The position numbers and the translations under genes are program-made. From an uncultured Chthonomonadaceae bacterium (GTDB lineage Bacteria; Armatimonadota; Chthonomonadetes; Chthonomonadales; Chthonomonadaceae), in the NCBI GenBank assembly GCA_963835065.1, contig CAWIEK010000053.1:128001-192000 (forward strand): a stretch of 64,000 nt of DNA, read 5' to 3'. This document shows, in pieces, positions 9,994 to 21,709 of this stretch. The notes under the pieces are model-generated. The model was not told the origin of the DNA, did not search any database, and was given only the letters and a program-made list of their open reading frames with translations. Position 1 is the stretch's first letter, and the number at the start of each line of letters is the position of its first letter.

Positions 9994-11019
9994 ATGAGCC
10001 GATATTTGCGGGCGGCGCTGTTGGGCGCAGCCGCGTTTGCTATTCCTGCCGCCCTTAATCTTGTGCTGGCGCGGCAGCGACGTGACCTTGTCAGCGGTTT
10101 GTCCGGCGAGGGCTGCGAACACTACTGGCCGTTCGGCAACATCTATTATGAGGCGCGGGGCGAGGGAACGCCGGTTGTGCTGATGCACGGCATCGGGGCG
10201 GGCGAGTCGTCGTTCGAGTGGCGGCGTAATTTCGATGCGCTGGCCGAACACCATAAAGTGTATGCTTTCGATCTGCCCGGTTTCGGCAAGTCGGCGCGGC
10301 GCGATATGACCTACACGGCGGATTTGTACGTGACGGCCTTGCAGGACTTTTTGCGGGATGTCGTGGGCGAACCGGCAATGGTAGTCGCCAGCAGTCTGAG
10401 CGGCGCGTATGCCGTACAGTTAGCCGCCATGCGCCCGGAATTAATTACGCGCCTAGTGTTGAATTGCCCGACCGGATTGGAAAAACTGCGCGACCACAAT
10501 CCCCTTGCCGGACGGGCGGCGTATGGCCTGTTCAGCCTGCCCGCTATCGGCGCGTCCCTGTACAATGGCATCGCCTCGTACAATTACATTGAGAGTTACC
10601 TGCGCGAAAACGTGTATGTAGATTCCGTGCAGGTCACGCCTGCGCTTGTGGAGCATTATTACCGGTACGCGCACCAGCCCAACGCGCAATTCGTGCTGCG
10701 CTCCTTCCTGTCCGGCCTGCTCAACTGCGATATTACCGACACGTACCCGCGCCTGACGCAGCCGATACTGGTCTGTTGGGGCCGCTACGCCCGCGAAACC
10801 CCGGTGGAAAACGCGCAGCGCTTCCTCAAAGACAATCCCAACGCCCGCCTGCGCATCTTCGAGAACAGCGGCCTGCTGCCCAATGATGAGGAGTGGGAGG
10901 ATTTCAACGACGCCGTTCTCACCTTCCTGAGCGCGAAGGACCTGCCGCAATTGCTGCCCTCACCTGTGGCTGCAATCCCGTCCGGCACGTCGCAGGAACA
11001 CACATCCAAGAACGTGTAG
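9994..11019 (+). CDS. Alpha/beta fold hydrolase
   Basis: RBS aaggag; VLMHGIG, DLPGFGKS, nucleophile elbow ASSLSG. Confidence 0.9.
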   Translation: MSRYLRAALLGAAAFAIPAALNLVLARQRRDLVSGLSGEGCEHYWPFGNIYYEARGEGTPVVLMHGIGAGESSFEWRRNFDALAEHHKVYAFDLPGFGKSARRDMTYTADLYVTALQDFLRDVVGEPAMVVASSLSGAYAVQLAAMRPELITRLVLNCPTGLEKLRDHNPLAGRAAYGLFSLPAIGASLYNGIASYNYIESYLRENVYVDSVQVTPALVEHYYRYAHQPNAQFVLRSFLSGLLNCDITDTYPRLTQPILVCWGRYARETPVENAQRFLKDNPNARLRIFENSGLLPNDEEWEDFNDAVLTFLSAKDLPQLLPSPVAAIPSGTSQEHTSKNV

Positions 11020-11042
11020 GCGCTTCTTAATTGATATGGGCG

Positions 11043-12269
11043 CTAACGCCCCGCTTTTTCCAGCGCGTTCAGCACGGTTTGCGCCACGCGCTGCTGTCCC
11101 TGTAGGCTGAGATGGACCTTATCCTCGACGTACTGGCCGGCTTTTTCTCCCTGCGGAACGGCCTGAAACGCGCGGTACGTGTCGCACAAGCCCGCGTTTT
11201 TGGTTTGTGCCGCCTGCCGACACGCGATTGCCAGTTCCTCAAACGTGGTTCCATTTTCCAGCGACGGACAGGGCGTACAAACCAACACGTCGGCGCGGCC
11301 ACCCGTTGCGCGGCGTACGCGGTCAATGGCATCCTGCTGCGCGGCCTCAAAGTTCTTGCCCCGCATCCCCGCATTCCAGTCGTTGAAGCCGAATAGGATG
11401 GTGACGAGATCGGGCGCAGGCATTTTTTGGTTCCAGCGCGGCAGCACGACGAGATTGTGGCGCAACTCCGTGCCGCCCATCGCCGGGTTGACAAGCGTGA
11501 CTTCCGAGCCGTACTTGCGCTTAATTTCGGCTTTGAGCAGGAGCGGCCAGTTGTGTTCCCGGTTCGTCCAGTGGCTTGCGTCCGTCAGCGAGTCGCCCAT
11601 TGTCACTATTGTGATCGGCTTCCCGGCTTTCAGTTTGGACAACACGCGGGCAAGCGGCGCACCCGCTGGACGGTACTCGCGCATATCGGCATGGATGGTC
11701 GGCTCCAAACGAATATCGTCAATGGCATACGAGTGCGCTCCGTAATCCTTCCAGTACCACCACTTGCCGAATTGAAACGGGCCGAGTTTGGAGGGCGCGT
11801 TGCCGCTTTTCGGGTCAACGCCCGCTTCGGTTTTGCTGAGTTCGGGGATCAGGTCGCGCCAGGGCACGACGATTTTGCGCCATTCCGTACTGTCAATGGG
11901 GAAGGCGTAAGCATAGCGCGTACTGTAATCGCCGTTCCAGATGAACTCGATGCCGCCCAGATGTTCCGAGCCGTCGCCCTTGACCCAAAACGAAAACCCC
12001 GCCGCTTTGTCCCATTCCGGCTTGCCGCTCGCTTTGCCAATCAGCATGGCGTTCATGGAATCGTTGTCAAACGTAAATTTCAGCGCGTTGCCGATTTTGC
12101 CCGGAACCGCTTCCACGCGCCCTTTCTCCTTTGCGCCGACAAAATTCACCGTATCCATCGTGTCAATGACATTCATTCCGTTTTGGAAGAGGATATGTCT
12201 GGCGGAAAGCGCTGTGGCTGCCGATAATAGTAAAGCAAGCAAGCTGAAAACGAGACTGCGCTTGCGCAT
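11043..12269 (-). CDS. SGNH/GDSL hydrolase with N-terminal CBM11-like domain
   Basis: Signal peptide; FSFWVKGDGS; GDSLT, GFND and DKVH blocks. Confidence 0.85.
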   Translation of the reverse strand: MRKRSLVFSLLALLLSAATALSARHILFQNGMNVIDTMDTVNFVGAKEKGRVEAVPGKIGNALKFTFDNDSMNAMLIGKASGKPEWDKAAGFSFWVKGDGSEHLGGIEFIWNGDYSTRYAYAFPIDSTEWRKIVVPWRDLIPELSKTEAGVDPKSGNAPSKLGPFQFGKWWYWKDYGAHSYAIDDIRLEPTIHADMREYRPAGAPLARVLSKLKAGKPITIVTMGDSLTDASHWTNREHNWPLLLKAEIKRKYGSEVTLVNPAMGGTELRHNLVVLPRWNQKMPAPDLVTILFGFNDWNAGMRGKNFEAAQQDAIDRVRRATGGRADVLVCTPCPSLENGTTFEELAIACRQAAQTKNAGLCDTYRAFQAVPQGEKAGQYVEDKVHLSLQGQQRVAQTVLNALEKAGR

Positions 12270-12287
12270 AGATGTAGTTCCTCTCTT

Positions 12288-12479
12288 CCGGGAAATGAAA
12301 ATCCCGTCTCGACAAAAGCTGCCGGGGATTGAAAATCCCCGTCTTGACAAAACGAGCGTCCTACGGACGCAATGCTATATTTGGATTGTGCGTCCGTAGG
12401 ACGCTTGTACTTTCCTGCCGGGTGTTTTCAACACCCGGCACGTTCTGAACTTTCCTGCCGGGGATTTTCAATCCTCGGC
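12288..12479. repeat. Nested REP/REPIN-like palindrome cluster
   Basis: Two gccggggattgaaaatcccc-type units, central 17-bp inverted repeat (12355-12371 and 12389-12405), two reverse-oriented units. Confidence 0.8.
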
Positions 12480-13031
12480 GCGTTTAGCAACGTATTTTTT
12501 CAAGCCTACCAGCAGTGGCGACTCCGTTTTCATCTGTCGGCTTTTGCGCGCGGCTTCCCGCAGGCGGTGCAGGCTCATCATGTGGCGGTTCATGTGCAGG
12601 TGCAAGGCGAAAGGCGCTTTCCACATCGAAGACGAGATCGCCATGCCCAACCCGCGCATCATGCCGATGACTTCCAGGCTGCGGCTCAACGTAAGAATGT
12701 GCCTGTGCCGCTGTTCGGCCCGCTCCCATGCGGCGGTATAGAGTTTACGCCCCCATCCCTGACCCCGAAATTCGGGCAAAACATACAGCACGGCAATGTC
12801 CGTCCAGCCGAAACGCAGGTCTTTACTGATACACGCGCCTGCCATTTCGCCGTTTTCTTCTGCAATCCAGACGTCGGTAAAACGGGTCAGTTCCGGGACG
12901 GTGTAGCCCAGAATGTTCGGCGTGGTTTTCAATTCCTCGTGCATCCGCGCCGCTTCTACAGCCGTCAGTTGACGATAAACCAACATACCTGCCGTTGTTT
13001 CTGCATATTCAAATTTGGGCTTTGTTGCCAT
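12468..13031 (-). CDS. GNAT family N-acetyltransferase
   Basis: LYVLPEFRGQGWGRKL acetyl-CoA binding motif. Confidence 0.85.
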   Translation of the reverse strand: MATKPKFEYAETTAGMLVYRQLTAVEAARMHEELKTTPNILGYTVPELTRFTDVWIAEENGEMAGACISKDLRFGWTDIAVLYVLPEFRGQGWGRKLYTAAWERAEQRHRHILTLSRSLEVIGMMRGLGMAISSSMWKAPFALHLHMNRHMMSLHRLREAARKSRQMKTESPLLVGLKKYVAKRAED

Positions 13032-13287
13032 ACGACCTATTCTCTCTTTGCTGCAGGCTTACCGGTTTCATCATAGCGCAACGTGGGAAATAACAACCGC
13101 GTTCGCGCCAGGTCAGAGGAAATCTTATGACGAAAGCGGTATACGCTCTAACGAGCAGGCAAAAGGACTCTCGCATACTCGTCACGAATTTACGGTAAGA
13201 TTGCGTGTCCTGTCCTTACGAATGGGCATCCTCTGAAAATCCTGATAGGATTCTGACATATCCGAACCGTTCCAGACCTTTTCCATT

Positions 13288-15970
13288 ATGACTGCATACG
13301 AGACAATCGAACAAACGCCGGCCTCGCGCCCTGATGCCGCCGCAAACTTCGCCCAAACCTTTGCTCCCTCGGACTTATCGGCTCGCCCTGTTCGCGCGCC
13401 GGATTACAAGGCGGAAAGTGAAGCGCTTGCGTCCCTGGCCCGCGAACTGGTTACGGCTCCGACGCAGGTTCTGCAGAAACTGTGCGAACTGGCGCTTGAA
13501 CTCTGCGGCGCTCAAGCGGCGGGTATCCGCCTTGAGGAAGAGGAGACGGAAACCGGTGTTTTACATTGGCGCGCGCTGGCGGGCGAGATGGATTCCTGCT
13601 TGCAGGCGATTACGCCCGACGATTTAGCGTCGTATGGCGTCACCGACGATTGCCGCGCGCCCCGGCTTTTCTCCCGGCCCGAAGCGCCTGTCCCGTATGT
13701 CCAGGCCATTTCGCCGCTGATTTCTGAATTCCTGCTTATTCCCTTTTGCCCGGACGACAAACCCGTTGGAACGCTGTGGGTGGTCGGCAGTTGGAATGAC
13801 CGCCGGTTTGACTCGGAAGATGCGCGTCTGCTTACAAACCTCAGCCAATTTGCAGGCGCCGCGTACAAGGTTTTGGGCATACAAGCAGATGTGCAGGCGA
13901 TCAACACCCGGCTTGCCGCAGAAGCCGCGTTGCATAAAGCGGTGGAAGAGGAGCGACGCGCAAGTGAGGCGGAACAGGCGCTGAAAGCAAGCGAACTCAA
14001 GTTCCGCTCCCTGTTTGAAAATGCGCGAGAAGCCATCGGCATCGCCACCAAAGGCCGCGTTGTCTTTGTGAATCCGGCGTATGCCCGGCTGCTGGGGTAT
14101 GCGTCTCCTGATGAAATGATCGGACTTTCGGCACTGGAAACGGTTGCTCCCAAAGATCAGCCTCGCCTGATTGAAATGGCGCACAAGCGCAACGCGGGCG
14201 AAGACGCGCCTTTCACGTATGAGTACCGGGGCCGCAAGAAAGACGGCACGGAGTGTGACCTGGAAAACTATGTTTCCAGTTATGAACAGAACGGGCAAAT
14301 TTATACGGTCGTCACCACCCGCGACATCACCGCGCGCAAGCAGGACGAGATCGCCCGCCAGTTTCTTACTGAAGCCTCAGCGGTGCTGGCCTCGTCCCTT
14401 GACTACGAGCAGACCTTACAACAGGTGGCCGATCTTGCCGTGCCCCACATTGCCGATTGGTGCGGGGTGGATATACGCGAAGAGGACGGCTCCATCAGCC
14501 AGCTTGCCGTCGCGCATGTCAATCCTGAAAAGGTAAGGTGGGGCCATGAACTCAGAAAGCGCTATCCGCCCAATCCGAATGATCCGCGCGGGCTGCCGGG
14601 CGTACTGCGCAGCGGACAGGCCGAGATTTATTCTCACATTCCCGACGAACTTCTTGTTGCGAGCGCGCGCGACCCGGAGCATCTGGAACTGATGCGGCAG
14701 ATCGGGCTGGAACTCGCTGATGATTGTTCCCATTGTGGCGCGGGAACGCATCTTAGGAGCCATTACCTTTGTAGCTACGGACGAGTCGGGGCATCACTAT
14801 ACCGAAGCCGACCTTGAACTTGCGCAGGGACTTGCGTCCCGCGCCGCGCTTGCCATTGACAATGCCCGCCTGTATCGCGCGGCGCAGGACGAACTGACCG
14901 AGCGGCGGCGCGTACAGGCCGCGCTGCTTGCCAGCGAGGAGCGGTTCCGATTCGCCCTCGCCAATTCCAGCATCATCGTTTATACGCAGGACCTCGACCT
15001 CCGCTATACGTGGGTTTATTATGGAGCGCTGAGTGGGGAAGACAGCAATGTGTACGGCAAAACCGACGCCGATCTTCTGCCCGCCGAAGACGCCCTTCCG
15101 CTGATGGAAATCAAGCGCCGGGTGCTGCAAACGGGTATCGAAGAGCGTCATACTGTTCGCGCCACGCTGCCTGGACAGGAACCGCTTTATCTGGAAACGA
15201 GTTTTGCGCCCCTGCGGGATGCGGCAGGAAATCTTATCGGCATTACAGGAACCGCCAATGATATTACGGAGCGGAAAAAGGCGCAGGATATTCTGGCGCA
15301 GCATCAGGCGGAAATCGAAGCCCTCAACGCGCGCCTGCGGCGCTCCATGCGCGAAACCCATCACCGGGTGAAGAACAATCTGCAAGTCATCACGGCGCTG
15401 ATAAACATGCAGCAGATGCAGTATGAGGAGCAGGTTCCCACGTCGGAACTGCAGCGGCTGACGCAGCACATCCGGGCGCTGGCTTCCATTCACGACCTGC
15501 TGACGCATCAAGCGCAGACCAATGCCGAAGTGACGGACATTTCAGTTGAGGACGTGATGGACAAACTGATGCCGGCGGTGCAGAGTATGGCTGTGGGGCG
15601 CAGCATTACCTTTGCCATAGAGGATATGCGCCTGCCCGTCCGCCAGAGTACGACGTTTGCCGTTTTAGTCAACGAAATGGTTTCCAATGCGCTCAAGCAC
15701 GGAGCCGGGGCGATTCACGTCGGCTTTCGGGTCGAGGGCGATACAGCCCTGCTGGAAGTGCTGGACGAGGGGCCGGGGTTCCCGCCGGACTTCAACCCGG
15801 AGCGCGCCGCCAATACCGGCCTTGATTTGATCGGCTCCCTGTCCCGGATGGATATGCGCGGCAGCGCGCGGTATGAGAACCGCGCAGAAGGCGGGGCGCG
15901 CGTGGTGGTCGAATTTCCCGTGCCGTCGCTCCTGAAAACGCCGGGAGAACAGTACGGCGAATCCTCTTGA
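13288..15970 (+). CDS. Cytoplasmic GAF/PAS sensor histidine kinase (HisKA_2 type); frameshift near 14710
   Basis: GAF-PAS-GAF-PAS order; H-box ETHHRVKNNLQ; NEMVSNALKHG, DEGPG, GLDL. Confidence 0.88.
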
Positions 15971-16060
15971 GCAAAACCCCCCGTGGAAAGGATAAAAAGA
16001 CAAGGATGAAGGATGAAGGATGAAGAAAGCGTTGGGCAAACGGGTAGGTAGAAAAAAGGA

Positions 16061-16203
16061 TATGTAGAGGCAGCGTCGAAATCTTGGCAATGCAGCGCTT
16101 CCAGCCCGCTGTCTCGTTGTGTCTGGTTGTAGGAGAGAGGCGTCGTGGCCTCCAAAGCGTCAGGGCGAACGGGAGGAGTGGGACATGGGCCTGTACCTCC
16201 TTT
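16061..16203 (-). ncRNA. Candidate sRNA or micro-peptide RNA, copy 1
   Basis: 140/143 identical to 52437-52579; contains AAGGAGG plus an 8-codon ORF (16186-16160) and hairpins. Confidence 0.5.
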
Positions 16204-16292
16204 CCTGAGTAAGTAGTTGATAGTTGATAGTTGATAGTTGATAGGAACTCGAACTTTCAGCCTTCGTCTCTATGTAGACGGTATTCTAGTGT

Positions 16293-16320
16293 TTAGACGG
16301 CTGTGGAGGGCGAAGGGTTC
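16293..16320 (-). promoter_or_regulatory. Putative ECF sigma promoter GAACC-N17-GTCTAA
   Basis: Both boxes and spacer length conserved at 52605-52632 while the spacer sequence diverges. Confidence 0.65.
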
Positions 16321-16553
16321 ACCTTTTTTCGCGTTGTTTGATTCTTTTTTCAATCTTTTTTAGAATAGTTTTTGCGGGAGGGTTGCTGTTGGCGTCGTGT
16401 GTGGGAATGGGGAGGGGTTCGCTTGCTGCGGGTGCGTACATCTATCACTTGTTGGCGGGCGCAACACTCAATGAGGGCACAACATGTTGTGCCCCACGTT
16501 CGGGAAGTTAAAATTCACAGATTCTAAAGTGAAATTTTGAAAGAAAGAAACTT

Positions 16554-17021
16554 ATGCCCATAACTGTAACGCAACTGGCGGCTTCCCGGACCCGGATGGC
16601 CGTCAACGATCTGCTGGCTGCCGCGCGTTCCACGCAGCCGGACAAAATTACGTGGGTTCCCATGGGCGAGGGGCGCACCGTTCTGGATCAACTCACGGAA
16701 TGTGTACTGGCAAACACAAAATGGCGCGACATTCTGCAAACGCGCCACTATGCTAATGTGTCGCCCGAAGTTCGGGAGCGCATCCACGCGCAATGTGACA
16801 CGCTGGACAATACGCTTGCCGCTCTGGAGCAATCGGGAGCCGCGCTGATGGAAGCGATTGCCGCTGTTCCCGACGCGGAAACGGGGGAGGAGATCGAAAC
16901 GCCCTGGGAAGCCTATACGCTGGCCGATTGCTGCCTGCACGCCTATTGGAACATGGTCTACCACGAAGGCCAAATCAACTATATACAAACCCTCTACGGC
17001 GACACGGAAGATCATTACTGA
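16554..17021 (+). CDS. DinB/YfiT-like protein
   Basis: W.P.GEGRTVLDQLTEC and YHEGQINYIQ motifs. Confidence 0.75.
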   Translation: MPITVTQLAASRTRMAVNDLLAAARSTQPDKITWVPMGEGRTVLDQLTECVLANTKWRDILQTRHYANVSPEVRERIHAQCDTLDNTLAALEQSGAALMEAIAAVPDAETGEEIETPWEAYTLADCCLHAYWNMVYHEGQINYIQTLYGDTEDHY

Positions 17022-17253
17022 TATGTGGCCTTCTCATAAGTGGCAGCAATACAAGTTGCCGCTCGGTATTGTGAGTGGGCGACGGGTTTTTTATGCTCTT
17101 TTGAGGTACAACAAAGAACTTTTCCGATCCACAGGCTGTCAAGTCAGGAACAAGCAGGTTCCCATCCTGAACACGAACCCGAACACCTGAAACCTGAACT
17201 ACCCTAAAACCATAGAACCCTAAAACCCTAGAACCCGACCAAAGGAGTGCCGT

Positions 17254-18789
17254 ATGGCCGCAGACAATATGGAGCAGATCGTTTCCCTGTGCAAGCGCCG
17301 GGGATTTATCTTTGCCGGCAGTGAGATTTACGGCGGCTTGCAGGGCACGTTCGACTACGGGCCGCTGGGAGTGGAACTCAAAAACAACCTCAAGCGCCTG
17401 TGGTGGCGGCACAACGTGTATGAGCGCGACGACATGGAAGGCATCGAAACCGCCATTCTGATGAACAAATACGTGTGGCGCTATTCCGGGCACGAAGTGA
17501 CGTTTACCGATCCGCTGGTGGACAACAAAACCACGAAAAAGCGCTATCGCTTCGACCATTTATTGCGCGACCAGAAGCCGGAAGTGCTGGCGGCATTGGC
17601 GCAGGCGATTGGCATAGAGCCGACGGACGATGCCGAGGATTTGGTGACGCCGTTGCTGGCCGATCCCGCCCGCGCACAGGCCGCGATGATTGCCGCCAAA
17701 GTGATTGACCCGCTGGACAACAAGCCGGGGGAGTGGACGGAACCCCGCGCCTTTAATCTGATGTTCAAAACGCAGGTCGGGCCGGTTGCGGATGAGGAGA
17801 GTTTTGCCTATTTGCGTCCCGAAACCGCGCAGGGCATGTTCGTCAACTTCAAGAACGTGCTGGATTCCACGAACCGCAAACTGCCGTTCGGGATCGCGCA
17901 AATCGGCAAATCGTTCCGTAATGAGATCACGCCGCGCAACTTTATTTTCCGCGTCCGCGAACTGGAACAGATGGAAATCGAGTATTTCGTGCAGCCAAAC
18001 GACGCGCCAACCGTACATGATGAGTGGATCGAAGATCATGTCAACTGGTGGGTCAACGTGATCGGCTTGAAGCGCGAAAACCTGAAACTGCTGGAGCATC
18101 CCAAAGAAAAGTTGTCGCACTATTCCGCTCGCACGGTGGACATTCTGTACAACTTCCCCTCGCTCGGCTTCGACGAACTGGAAGGCATCGCCAACCGCAC
18201 GGATTGGGATCTGGTGTCCCATTCGCGGGATCAGGCCAATCTGGGCGCGTCCGAAAACACGACGAAGCGGGTGATGAAGAACGAACATTCGACGGAAAAA
18301 CTGACGTACTTCGACCAGCCCAACAACAAGCACATCATTCCTTACGTGGTGGAACCGGCGGCAGGCGTGGACAGGGGCTGTCTTGCCGCGCTGTGCGAAG
18401 CGTATGCCGAAGAAACGCTTGAAAACGGCGAAACGCGAACCGTGCTGCGCCTGCCGCCCGCGCTCGCGCCGATCAAAGTAGCGGTTCTGCCCCTCAAAAA
18501 GAACGAGCCGGAAATCGTCGCAACGGCGAAGCGCATCAAGAACAGCCTGCAGGCAACCGGGGAAATGCGCGCGGTTTACGATGATTCGGCGGGCATCGGC
18601 AAACTGTACCGCCGTCAGGACGAGGTGGGAACGCCGTTCTGCGTCACCGTTGATTTCGACACCATCGGCAGGGGCAAGGACGGCGACACGTCCCTCAAAG
18701 ATACCGTTACCCTGCGAGACCGTGACACAATGGAGCAGATTCGCATCCCCATTGCCGAACTGTTCGCCTACGTGCGCCGGCGCATTTAG
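17254..18789 (+). CDS. glyQS: Glycine--tRNA ligase (homodimeric type)
   Basis: [48 protein letters not shown]. Confidence 0.96.
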   Translation: MAADNMEQIVSLCKRRGFIFAGSEIYGGLQGTFDYGPLGVELKNNLKRLWWRHNVYERDDMEGIETAILMNKYVWRYSGHEVTFTDPLVDNKTTKKRYRFDHLLRDQKPEVLAALAQAIGIEPTDDAEDLVTPLLADPARAQAAMIAAKVIDPLDNKPGEWTEPRAFNLMFKTQVGPVADEESFAYLRPETAQGMFVNFKNVLDSTNRKLPFGIAQIGKSFRNEITPRNFIFRVRELEQMEIEYFVQPNDAPTVHDEWIEDHVNWWVNVIGLKRENLKLLEHPKEKLSHYSARTVDILYNFPSLGFDELEGIANRTDWDLVSHSRDQANLGASENTTKRVMKNEHSTEKLTYFDQPNNKHIIPYVVEPAAGVDRGCLAALCEAYAEETLENGETRTVLRLPPALAPIKVAVLPLKKNEPEIVATAKRIKNSLQATGEMRAVYDDSAGIGKLYRRQDEVGTPFCVTVDFDTIGRGKDGDTSLKDTVTLRDRDTMEQIRIPIAELFAYVRRRI

Positions 18790-18790
18790 C

Positions 18791-18865
18791 TACCTCACCC
18801 GGCGTCCATTTAGTCTGCTTATGTTTATTAGTGAGGGTGTCCCTAAATGGACGCCGGGTGAGGTA
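18791..18865. repeat. Perfect 23-bp inverted repeat between convergent genes (REP-like or bidirectional terminator)
   Basis: tacctcacccggcgtccatttag ... ctaaatggacgccgggtgaggta. Confidence 0.85.
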
Positions 18866-18870
18866 AAAAC

Positions 18871-21461
18871 CTAATCCAGGTACAGGAACTCGTTGGTATT
18901 GAGGAGGACGTGGCACAGGTCGGCAAGCGCGGCCTGTTGCGCGGGTTTGAGGGCCTTGGGCTGTTTATTCGGCGCATCATTTAGATGCAGGCGCGTTTGT
19001 TTCGCAATAAATTCCTGCGCGAGCGCCTGTTGCGCGGTTGTAGGCTGGCGGAGCAAAGCAATTTCATACGCCCGCTGAATCTGCTTGGTCACGTCGTCAC
19101 CGGCTTCTTTTGCAACCCGAACCGCGAAGAAACGCGCTTCGCCCCGGCTGAATTCGCCGTTGAACAATGCCAACGCCTGGGGCGCAATCGTAGTCGTTGC
19201 GCGGCGCGGGCACGTATTTACCATGTCCGGCCCGTCGAACGCTTCCACAATCGGCAGCGCGAGCGAACGCCTCTGGAACACGTACACCGTCCGCCGCCGC
19301 CCGTCCTCGTCCGAAGAATTGCCCCACTTGTGCGTGGAACCCGTTGACAGCACCTCGTCACTGACATGCGGAAACACGCCGGGTCCGCCGCCTGCCGGGT
19401 TCAGCCGCCCGCTCACCGTCAAAATACTGTCCCGCAGCGCTTCGCCTTCCAGCCGTACCCGGTTCATGCGCCAGAACAGTTTATTGGCTGAGTCGAGTTT
19501 CTGCCCCTGCGCATTGGTCTGCGTGGACTGCTGATACGCATTGGACAGCAACATCAGGCGGTGCATCTTCTTCAAGGAAAACGATGAGCGATGAGTGATG
19601 AGTGATGAATGAACTGCATTTTGTTCATCATTCATCCTTCCGCCTTCATCCTTTGCCACGAAGTAGCCCGCCAGCCAATCCAGCAGTTCGGGGTGCGTGG
19701 GCTTGTCGCCGTTTTTGCCGAAGTCGGAGGGCGTACCAACGATGCCCCGGCCAAAATGGTGCTGCCACAGGCGGTTGACCATCACGCGGGCGGTCATGGG
19801 GTTGTTCTTGTCGGCGATCCAGTTGGCGAGGGCGGAGCGTCGGCCTGTCGTGTTGCGCTTGTCGGGGAGTGTGATGGCGGCAGGCTTTTCTGCACTGCCG
19901 GTCAGGGACGCGACAAAGCCGGGCTGCACTTCGGGGCCGGGCGTGAGCAGATTTCCCCGCAGCAGTAGGTGGGTCGGCTTGGCATTGCGCCCCGCGTCCG
20001 TAATCGCGTCGGCAATCGGTTCCAGTGGTTCCGATTCATGCTGCCAGCGCTCTTCTTCGCGCCGCAAATCTTCCCATTCGCGCTCGTTGGCCTTGCGGAT
20101 GCTGTTTTCAATCTCGTCGTTGGAAACGTCTAATTTCGCGCCGGGCGCGGCTTTCTGCTGTTTTGCCGCCAGCAGCAACGCCCGATGCGTGGCCCGCAGT
20201 TCCTCCATCTTTTTGCGGATGGATTGAAGATGGGTTTGCGCGTCGCTGAATTTGGAGGCAAACCCGGCGGGGTCTGTGGTAACGTTCAGCAGGCGCGTAC
20301 TCACCCGCTGCACGGGCGTAAAGAACGCCTGCATCCGGTAGTAATCGGCCTGCGTGATGGGATCGTACTTGTGGTTGTGGCAGCGCGCGCAGCCGACCGT
20401 CAGGCCGAGCATGGCCGAGCCGGTGGTGTCCGTCGCGTCGTTGAGAAAATCCTGCCAGCGCTGCGGCGGGTCGGTACTGAGCGTGTCCCAGGGAGACAGG
20501 CGGATATAGCCCGTTGCCGTAATCGCGTCCGGGTCGTCTGGGGTACAGTTCGTCGCCCGCAATCTGCTCTTTCAAAAAGCGGTCATACGGCTTGTCCTGA
20601 TTGAACGCGCGAATCACGTAATCGCGGAAACGCCACGCCCGGGGCCGTTCGCCATCGCTTTCAAACCCTTCCGAGTCGGCGTAGCGGACGAGATCGAGCC
20701 AGTGACGCCCCCACCGTTCGCCATACCGGGTATCGGCCAGCAGCTTGTCCACAAGGTTTTCATAGGCTTTGGGCGACGGATCGTTGAGAAACGCGCTTGC
20801 TTCCGTGCGGCGTGGGCGGCATGCCAACCAAATCCGCGTACACGCGCCGCAGCAGCGCGATTTTGGAAGCGGGCGGGGAGGGTTTCAAGCCTCTGGCTTC
20901 CAGTTTCGCCAGAATAAAAGCGTCAATCGGGTTCTTCACCCAGGCGGTATTTTTCACTTTGGGCACGGCGGGCATGGCAACGGGCGTGTACGGCCAGCCC
21001 AACTTCACTTCGTCTATTTTCGCGCCCTGATTGATCCACGTTTCGATAAGTTTGATTTGCGCGTCGGGAACGGCCTCGTGGTTCAGGGGCATGCGCGGCT
21101 GCTTTTGCCCGCGAATGTAGGCTACGAGGGCGCTGGACGCGGCGTTGCCGGGCACAATCACCTTTGCGCCCCATTTGCTGCCGCCCTTGAACAGCGCGTC
21201 GCGCGTTTCCAGATTGAGGCCACTGGCAGGCGAACCGGGATTATGGCACTCGGTGCAATGCGCTTTCAGGTAAGGTTCCACCGCTTCCCGGAAACTGACG
21301 AGCGCAAGGGGCGGAGGCTTGCCGATGGACTTGCCCGACGCGGCAGCAATCGGTTTCCCCTGCGGCTTGGAAGCCGGCGAGGCAGGATCAGCCGCAAGCG
21401 CCGTCAGCGCGAAAACGGGAAGCAGGACACCGGAAGCGATCAAAATCAGGGAAACGCGCAT
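18871..21461 (-). CDS. Planctomycete cytochrome c / DUF1549 / DUF1553 protein; frameshifts near 20812 and 20541
   Basis: [67 protein letters not shown]. Confidence 0.9.
19582..19652. repeat. Heptamer-repeat element inserted in frame in the DUF1553 domain
   Basis: gatgagcgatgagtgatgagtgatgaa...ttcatcattcatccttccgccttcatcctt; translates to [24 protein letters not shown]. Confidence 0.75.
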
Positions 21462-21709
21462 AAAACAGTAACCTCGCCAAAAATAACAAACCCACGCCAC
21501 TTTATTGTACGATATTGTACGGCGCATTGGCAGATTAGACAAGCAAAGGAGGGCAAAGTTGCGTCTTTGCCTGCGCGTATTTTGCCGCGCGCAGGGAATG
21601 AGCTGCTTAATCATTGAGCAGATTGGGCAGGAGAAACGCGACACGACAGCGAAACACCTCAACAACGAATTATTTTCTGCTATGTTTTCCGTGTGAAGGA
21701 GAGAACCGC

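Noticed and set aside
15715..16155. ORFs MEATTP... and MPRFRRC... present in both repeat copies
   Set aside because: No SD at their starts, MEATTP differences are non-synonymous, and lengths and tails are unrelated between copies
16060..16186. Selenocysteine read-through of the micro-ORF UGA (a hairpin follows it)
   Set aside because: Extended product has no redox motif and the two copies diverge with no common stop
16214..16243. Heptamer tandem runs as CRISPR arrays
   Set aside because: 7-nt units with no unique spacers
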